Of a DNA stretch of 64,000 bases, positions 59,114 to 64,000 are shown piece by piece. Below the pieces are notes generated by a model, which had not been told where the DNA came from, made no database searches, and saw only the letters and a program-made list of their open reading frames with translations. The stretch is taken from positions 896,001 to 960,000 of the forward strand of contig CBDCTZ010000016.1 in NCBI GenBank assembly GCA_965222375.1. The letters are read 5' to 3'. The DNA is from Polyangiaceae bacterium (GTDB lineage: Bacteria; Myxococcota_A; Polyangia; Polyangiales; Polyangiaceae). Numbering within the stretch: the stretch's first letter is position 1; every line of letters starts with the position of its first letter. Position numbers and translations under genes: made by a program.

Positions 59114-59533
59114 GATCCGCTCGGTCTAGTGCCAACCCCTTTGATCCGCCAGGTGACACAGTCCGTAGCCAATTGCCGCGACACCGGTCTTGCGAGTGCG
59201 CGGGTGCGCGAGGAATTACATGATCAGCGCGGATTTGGAGCACTCGCTGCGACACGAAAGACTCGATACGCCGCCGTCGCGCGCAATTCTTTCTTGGGCT
59301 GCCCACCCCCGTCGGCCCCCCGTCCATGTTCGCCAGCTTCGCTGGCGCCGCGTGACGTGGCGTAACCTCGAGGGGGCCGCCGACCCCTCCCAAGCGCTCG
59401 CTCCGCTCGCGCGGGAGGGGTACGCGAAACCCGGCGCAATCCCTCGTAAACGGCAGTGCCCCACGAAGGGTGCTTGACCTTCTCGGTCACCATGATAATA
59501 GCCGCGGTCCGATCCGTCGCATCCGACGGACCC

Positions 59534-59606
59534 GGGTCATTAGCTCAATTGGTAGAGCAGCGGACTCTTAATCCGTTGGCTGAAGGTTCGAGTCCTTCAT
59601 GACCCA
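59534..59606 (+). tRNA. tRNA-Lys, anticodon CUU; CCA not encoded
   Basis: GGGTCAT/ATGACCC acceptor stem; GCGGA-CT-CTT-AA-TCCGT anticodon arm; GGTTCGAGTCC T-arm. Confidence 0.96.
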
Positions 59607-60442
59607 CTGGATCACCTTATCCGTCGCGAGTTGGTATTTGTGGCGGTCTTGTGACGGCGGACTCAGGCCTCATTTCCGTCCCATCGCGTCCCTAGATCGT
59701 GGGGTGCGACAGTTCGCGTAGGTATTCGCCGCCGGCTCGAGTCCTCCATCTTGTGCCCTAGCGTGAATGGGGAGAACGGTTGAGTCCGGTTGTTACCAGC
59801 TGGATCACCTTATCCGTCGCGAGTTGGTATTTGTGGCGGTCTTGTGACGGCGGACTCAGGCCTCATTTCCGTCCCATCGCGTCCCTAGATCGTGGGGTGC
59901 GACAGTTCGCGTAGGTATTCGCCGCCGGCTCGAGTCCTCCATCTTGTGCCCTAGCGTGAATGGGGAGAACGGTTGAGTCCGGTTGTTACCAGCTGGATCA
60001 CCTTATCCGTCGCGAGTTGGTATTTGTGGCGGTCTTGTGACGGCGGACTCAGGCCTCATTTCCGTCCCATCGCGTCCCTAGATCGTGGGGTGCGACAGTT
60101 CGCGTAGGTATTCGCCGCCGGCTCGAGTCCTCCATCTTGTGCCCTAGCGTGAATGGGGAGAACGGTTGAGTCCGGTTGTTACCAGCTGGATCACCTTATC
60201 CGTCGCGAGTTGGTATTTGTGGCGGTCTTGTGACGGCGGACTCAGGCCTCATTTCCGTCCCATCGCGTCCCTAGATCGTGGGGTGCGACAGTTCGCGTAG
60301 GTATTCGCCGCCGGCTCGAGTCCTCCATCTTGTGCCCTAGCGTGAATGGGGAGAACGGTTGAGTCCGGTTGTTACCAGCTGGATCACCTTATCCGTCGCG
60401 AGTTGGTATTTGTGGCGGTCTTGTGACGGCGGACTCAGGCCT
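59607..60442 (+). repeat. Perfect tandem array: 4 x 193 bp plus a 64-bp partial unit
   Basis: Units start at 59607, 59800, 59993, 60186, 60379; identical by eye; no ORF of 60 aa or more lies within the array. Confidence 0.97.
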
Positions 60443-60483
60443 GGGGGGACGTCCTGCACGGGCTGGGTTTCGGGCGGTGCGCT

Positions 60484-63400
60484 TCAACGCCCGGGCTTGG
60501 TCCAAGAATCCGTGAGGCCAACCCATTCCGCCAGGACAAGAGCAACGACCCCCGCTGCGAAGAGGAGAGGGAAGACGAGCAAGGAGTAGCCTCGCACGAT
60601 GGTTTTCGGTCCCCCTCCACGTCGCGCCGCGAAGCGGGAGATGCGCCTCAGCGTGCCCGCGTGGCGACTGAAAGCGAGAATCCAGTCGCTGCTGACCTCG
60701 TCACACGCCGCGACCACGTTCTGGATGGCTCGCTGCTCAGCCCCTCCCCGCCGATACTGAATAAGAGCGCGAGTTACCGAGTAGAGGGGTGCGTCCGCGG
60801 CTCCGACCTCGCTGGCTTCGATGTCTTGAAGCAGTGCTTCGGCTTGGCTCGCATCGCCTACAAGTGCACTGTCCATCGCGAGCCAAGCGCAGTGGATCGG
60901 AGTGGTCCCATCCGGGGGTAGCTTCGTGACAAACTCACCTACCCGCGATGCAGAGCTCGTCCACCCCAGGGATCGCAGCGCCTCCACCAAGCTCAAGAGC
61001 ATGCGCGGGCGCAGATCCGTCCGGCCCTGATAGCCGGCAAACCATGGTGGGATCAAGGGTGACAGTCCAAGTTTCGCGAGAGCATCACCCACGGTGGCGA
61101 AAAGTTCCGCATGGCGGCGTACGTGCGGCAGCAGCACCGCAATGACGCCGAGGACAGCGAAGTCCTTGTGCTCCGCACGTGTCGAAATTGACCACGCGAG
61201 TGCCGCGACTCCCGCCTCGGGCGCCTGACGCAACAAGGAGCGGAACTCAGACACGCTTGGATGGTGGCCTGCGTCGAAGTGCAGCGTCGTCCAGAGGTGC
61301 CCCAGTTCAGCAGTGTTGGCCTGCATCGCGGCCTCACGCGCCGCCGTCACGCCGTCCCAGGGGGCGACATGCAAGAAGGCAAGTCCGAGCTGGACTCGTT
61401 GCGAGTGGGTGGCGGCGGGATGGGTGAAGGCTTCAACTCCGGTCTTTCGTGCCCGTTCTAGGGAGTACTTGGCGATGGAGACGAGACACCGCCCCTGGAC
61501 TAGCGCGAGTGTGTCGAAGTACCCGCGGTAGCGAGCGAAGACTTCTTTCGCTTCTTCTCGGCGCCTGGTGATCGCGAAGAGCGACAGCAGCTCGAGCGCT
61601 GCTAGTGCGAACATAGGTTCCAGTGCCAAGGAGCGCCGAAGCGCTACCTCCGCGGCATCGGCATCGCCCAATTCGCGCAGAAGGCAGCCAGCTCGAAACT
61701 GGACCTGAGCCTCTGCCGGCGCTGCGTTCGAAAGCGAGGACACCGAGGCGCGAGCGGACGGAAGGTCACCCGCCTCCAGGTACCAATCGGTCAATTGGGA
61801 CCATCCCCAACTATGGCGCGGACTACGCTCTAGCACATGACGCATCTCTGCGATGGCACCTCCGGTGTCGCCGAAGACGTGCCGTACCCACGCGTGCCGA
61901 GCGTTCAACTCCGTTGGCAGGCGACCCTGAAACTCGCGAGGTTGGCAGGCTTTAAGCGCGGCCTCTCGGCGGCCGAGCTGCGCGAGTAGCACCGCGTGCA
62001 GGTCGTGGGCTTGAACACACTGAGGATCAGCTGCGCAGGCGCCTTCGACCACTCTCAGTGCATCGTAGATGTCGGGGCCAATCAGCAACTCGGCCAGGCG
62101 AACTGCGAGCAGCGCGTCCCAGGGTCGGCGGGAGTTGAGCTCTCGGGCCAGTGCCAGCACCCGTTCCCGGGCCTTCGGATCGACCGCCCACTCTGCCAAA
62201 TGATCCCAGGCCTGCTCCGCAGCCGGCTCTGCGACCAAGGCTCGTTCAACATGCGCGAGCGCTGGTTCGACCTGTCCCTCTTGCCACGCCAGCTCCGCGC
62301 GGGCCATCAGAAGAGACAAGTCCAGCGGTTGGAACACGAGGGCGCGCTCCAGCGCACGTCGCGCCTTGCCAACGTCGTTGGCGCGGCGATGGGTCGCTGC
62401 AAGTTCAACAGCCACGGGTGGAAAGCTTGGATTGATGCTCTGAGCCCGACGAAGCGCATCAAGCTCCTTTTCTGTCTCGCCTACGCTGCGCGCCGCAGTT
62501 GCAAGATCGAGGTAGGCGCCGGGAATCAGCGGGAAGCGCTCGACTCCTTCGCGCGCGAGCTCGAACGCCGCTTTCCCGCGCCCACGCTCGACCGCAAACT
62601 TGATCGATATGGACCAACTGGTCCACAGTTCCGGTCGCGCTTCACGCATTGTTTCGATGCGCTCGGCCAACACTTCGGGCTTCAGGTGGTTGCTCGCAAC
62701 TGCAAACCATGCGGCGACCCCGTCGCCGCTATTGCTTGCGGCCCTCGTGCGCTTTTCGATGAAGCTCAACCTCGAGCCGACATCCCCAACCGATTCGGTG
62801 AGCGCAATCAGTCGCCCAATGGCGACCACTGAATCCGCATGATCACGAATCGCCCCGCGATAGGCTGCCCGCGCAGCACTCGGATCTCGCAGCAGCTCCA
62901 GCACCCGGCCTTCGACAGTGTGAGTGTTTGGGTGTGCTGGGTCGACATCGATAGCGGTGGCGAGGGTGCTGCGCGCTGCGTCCGCCCGACCGAGGCGAGC
63001 TTGCGTCATGGCAAGCTCACGCCACGCCCACCCATTGTTGCGATCCAGCTGAAGAAGCCGCTCGAGAACGGGTGCTAACTCCTCCGGGTCCTCGTCCAAG
63101 AGCGACTGAGCTCTCAGTGCCAGCAGCGCCGTGTTTTCTGGGAAGCGCTGGGAGACCCCCGCTACGTACTCGCGGGCTTCGCGGGGGCTGCGCTGAGTGT
63201 GTAGTCTCGAAGCGTGAGTCGCGTGCGCGTCGACCGACAGTGGCAAGAGCTCTACGACACGCTCCGAGGCCGTGAGTGCCTCCTTGGTTCTGCCCGCGCA
63301 CTCATACACCGTTGCCGCAACCCGAAAGAACTCGGCCTCATGAACCGCGCCGCGAGCCGATTCAAGATGGCCGAGGGCTCGCTCGACTCCTCCGTAGCGC

Positions 63401-64000
63401 GCGTGGCAGTACGCCACGAACGCTAGGAGTTGAGCGTCGTCTCCGCGCGCCGTGAGTGCGTCCTCCAACACCTGGAAGGCTTCTTTGACGCGATCCAAGG
63501 CCTCGAGTGCGCAGAAAAGCGTTATCCACGGGGACGCGGAGTTTGGGCCCAATGCCCCAACGCGGGCTTGCAACAATGTGAGGCCCTCATCCGTTCTTCG
63601 CAGCGCGTGTGCACGGACGAAGTGCTTCTGCGCGAAGTCCTCGTCCGTGGGTTCCGCTGTTGACGCAAATCTTGCCAGCTCCAACGAAGCTTCGAACTTT
63701 CGCTCGTTCCACATCCACTCCGACAAGCCGGCCATTGCCTGGCCGCGCCCTGGCATTTCGCGAACTGCCCGGCGCAGCAAGCGACCGGCTCGCGCATGCT
63801 CCCTGCCATCTGCCAAGAGCGCGGCGCCAAGGCGCTCACGGAATGCCGGATGCGCCTCGTCGCGCGCGCAGATGGATTCGAGGTGCCTATTGCCCAGGTC
63901 CGGCTGGCCCCCCTGGCGGTACATTCCTTCCAGTGCCAGTTCCGCGAGAGGCTCTTCTGGGAATAGCTGAAGAAAAATCTCCATGGTTTCGGCCAATCGG
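60484..64000 (-). CDS. Large TPR-repeat protein with C-terminal TM helix; 5' end probably outside window
   Basis: At least 1170 aa of TPR-like helical repeats (e.g. LERLLQLDRNNGWAWRELA); frame open to the window edge. Confidence 0.8.
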   Translation of the reverse strand, partial: RLAETMEIFLQLFPEEPLAELALEGMYRQGGQPDLGNRHLESICARDEAHPAFRERLGAALLADGREHARAGRLLRRAVREMPGRGQAMAGLSEWMWNERKFEASLELARFASTAEPTDEDFAQKHFVRAHALRRTDEGLTLLQARVGALGPNSASPWITLFCALEALDRVKEAFQVLEDALTARGDDAQLLAFVAYCHARYGGVERALGHLESARGAVHEAEFFRVAATVYECAGRTKEALTASERVVELLPLSVDAHATHASRLHTQRSPREAREYVAGVSQRFPENTALLALRAQSLLDEDPEELAPVLERLLQLDRNNGWAWRELAMTQARLGRADAARSTLATAIDVDPAHPNTHTVEGRVLELLRDPSAARAAYRGAIRDHADSVVAIGRLIALTESVGDVGSRLSFIEKRTRAASNSGDGVAAWFAVASNHLKPEVLAERIETMREARPELWTSWSISIKFAVERGRGKAAFELAREGVERFPLIPGAYLDLATAARSVGETEKELDALRRAQSINPSFPPVAVELAATHRRANDVGKARRALERALVFQPLDLSLLMARAELAWQEGQVEPALAHVERALVAEPAAEQAWDHLAEWAVDPKARERVLALARELNSRRPWDALLAVRLAELLIGPDIYDALRVVEGACAADPQCVQAHDLHAVLLAQLGRREAALKACQPREFQGRLPTELNARHAWVRHVFGDTGGAIAEMRHVLERSPRHSWGWSQLTDWYLEAGDLPSARASVSSLSNAAPAEAQVQFRAGCLLRELGDADAAEVALRRSLALEPMFALAALELLSLFAITRRREEAKEVFARYRGYFDTLALVQGRCLVSIAKYSLERARKTGVEAFTHPAATHSQRVQLGLAFLHVAPWDGVTAAREAAMQANTAELGHLWTTLHFDAGHHPSVSEFRSLLRQAPEAGVAALAWSISTRAEHKDFAVLGVIAVLLPHVRRHAELFATVGDALAKLGLSPLIPPWFAGYQGRTDLRPRMLLSLVEALRSLGWTSSASRVGEFVTKLPPDGTTPIHCAWLAMDSALVGDASQAEALLQDIEASEVGAADAPLYSVTRALIQYRRGGAEQRAIQNVVAACDEVSSDWILAFSRHAGTLRRISRFAARRGGGPKTIVRGYSLLVFPLLFAAGVVALVLAEWVGLTDSWTKPGR

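Noticed and set aside
58602..59393. N-terminal extension of the 412-aa ORF 58155..59393
   Set aside because: Overlaps the real YeeE gene in another frame; the true start is ATG 58601
59474..59499. Sigma70 promoter for tRNA-Lys (TTGACC...GATAAT)
   Set aside because: Spacer is only 14 nt; a promoter is likely nearby but the boxes cannot be assigned confidently
59799..59810. GCTGGATCACCT matches the 16S rRNA 3' end
   Set aside because: Only 12 nt, the anti-SD CCTCC is absent and there is no other rRNA similarity
59607..60442. CRISPR array
   Set aside because: Units are identical over all 193 bp with no spacers, and no cas genes are present

Overview
High-GC chromosomal window that looks like Myxococcota (Polyangiaceae-like), judged from a MYXO-CTERM protein, Gly-linker lipoproteins and a kinase-FGE fusion. 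1-13 kb: surface-glycan cluster with an AsnB-type amidotransferase, a GT2-CoA-ligase fusion, a methyltransferase and five GT-C-like membrane proteins. 14.4-18.7 kb: two-gene NAD-linked formate dehydrogenase whose catalytic gene reads through an in-frame UGA (selenocysteine) followed by a SECIS hairpin. 18.8-35.5 kb: lipoproteins, kinase, sulfatase-like protein, polyprenol-phosphate glycosyltransferase, two more GT-C proteins and a patatin. 35.6-48.2 kb: accessory tract of small immunity-like and TA-like genes, ending in an IS110/IS1111 element beside tRNA-Arg(UCG). 48.5-64 kb: hydrolases, beta-propeller protein, octaheme cytochrome with a YeeE/YedE pair, tRNA-Lys(CUU) and a partial TPR gene. 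The two strongest signals are non-coding. (1) The IS has split a third copy of a ~130-bp structured repeat that occurs intact twice in the window, and its downstream non-coding region carries short matches to its own target and ends (candidate bridge/seek RNA guides). (2) A perfect 4.3 x 193-bp self-complementary tandem array starts immediately after tRNA-Lys. All calls come from reading the sequence by eye; no searches were run.
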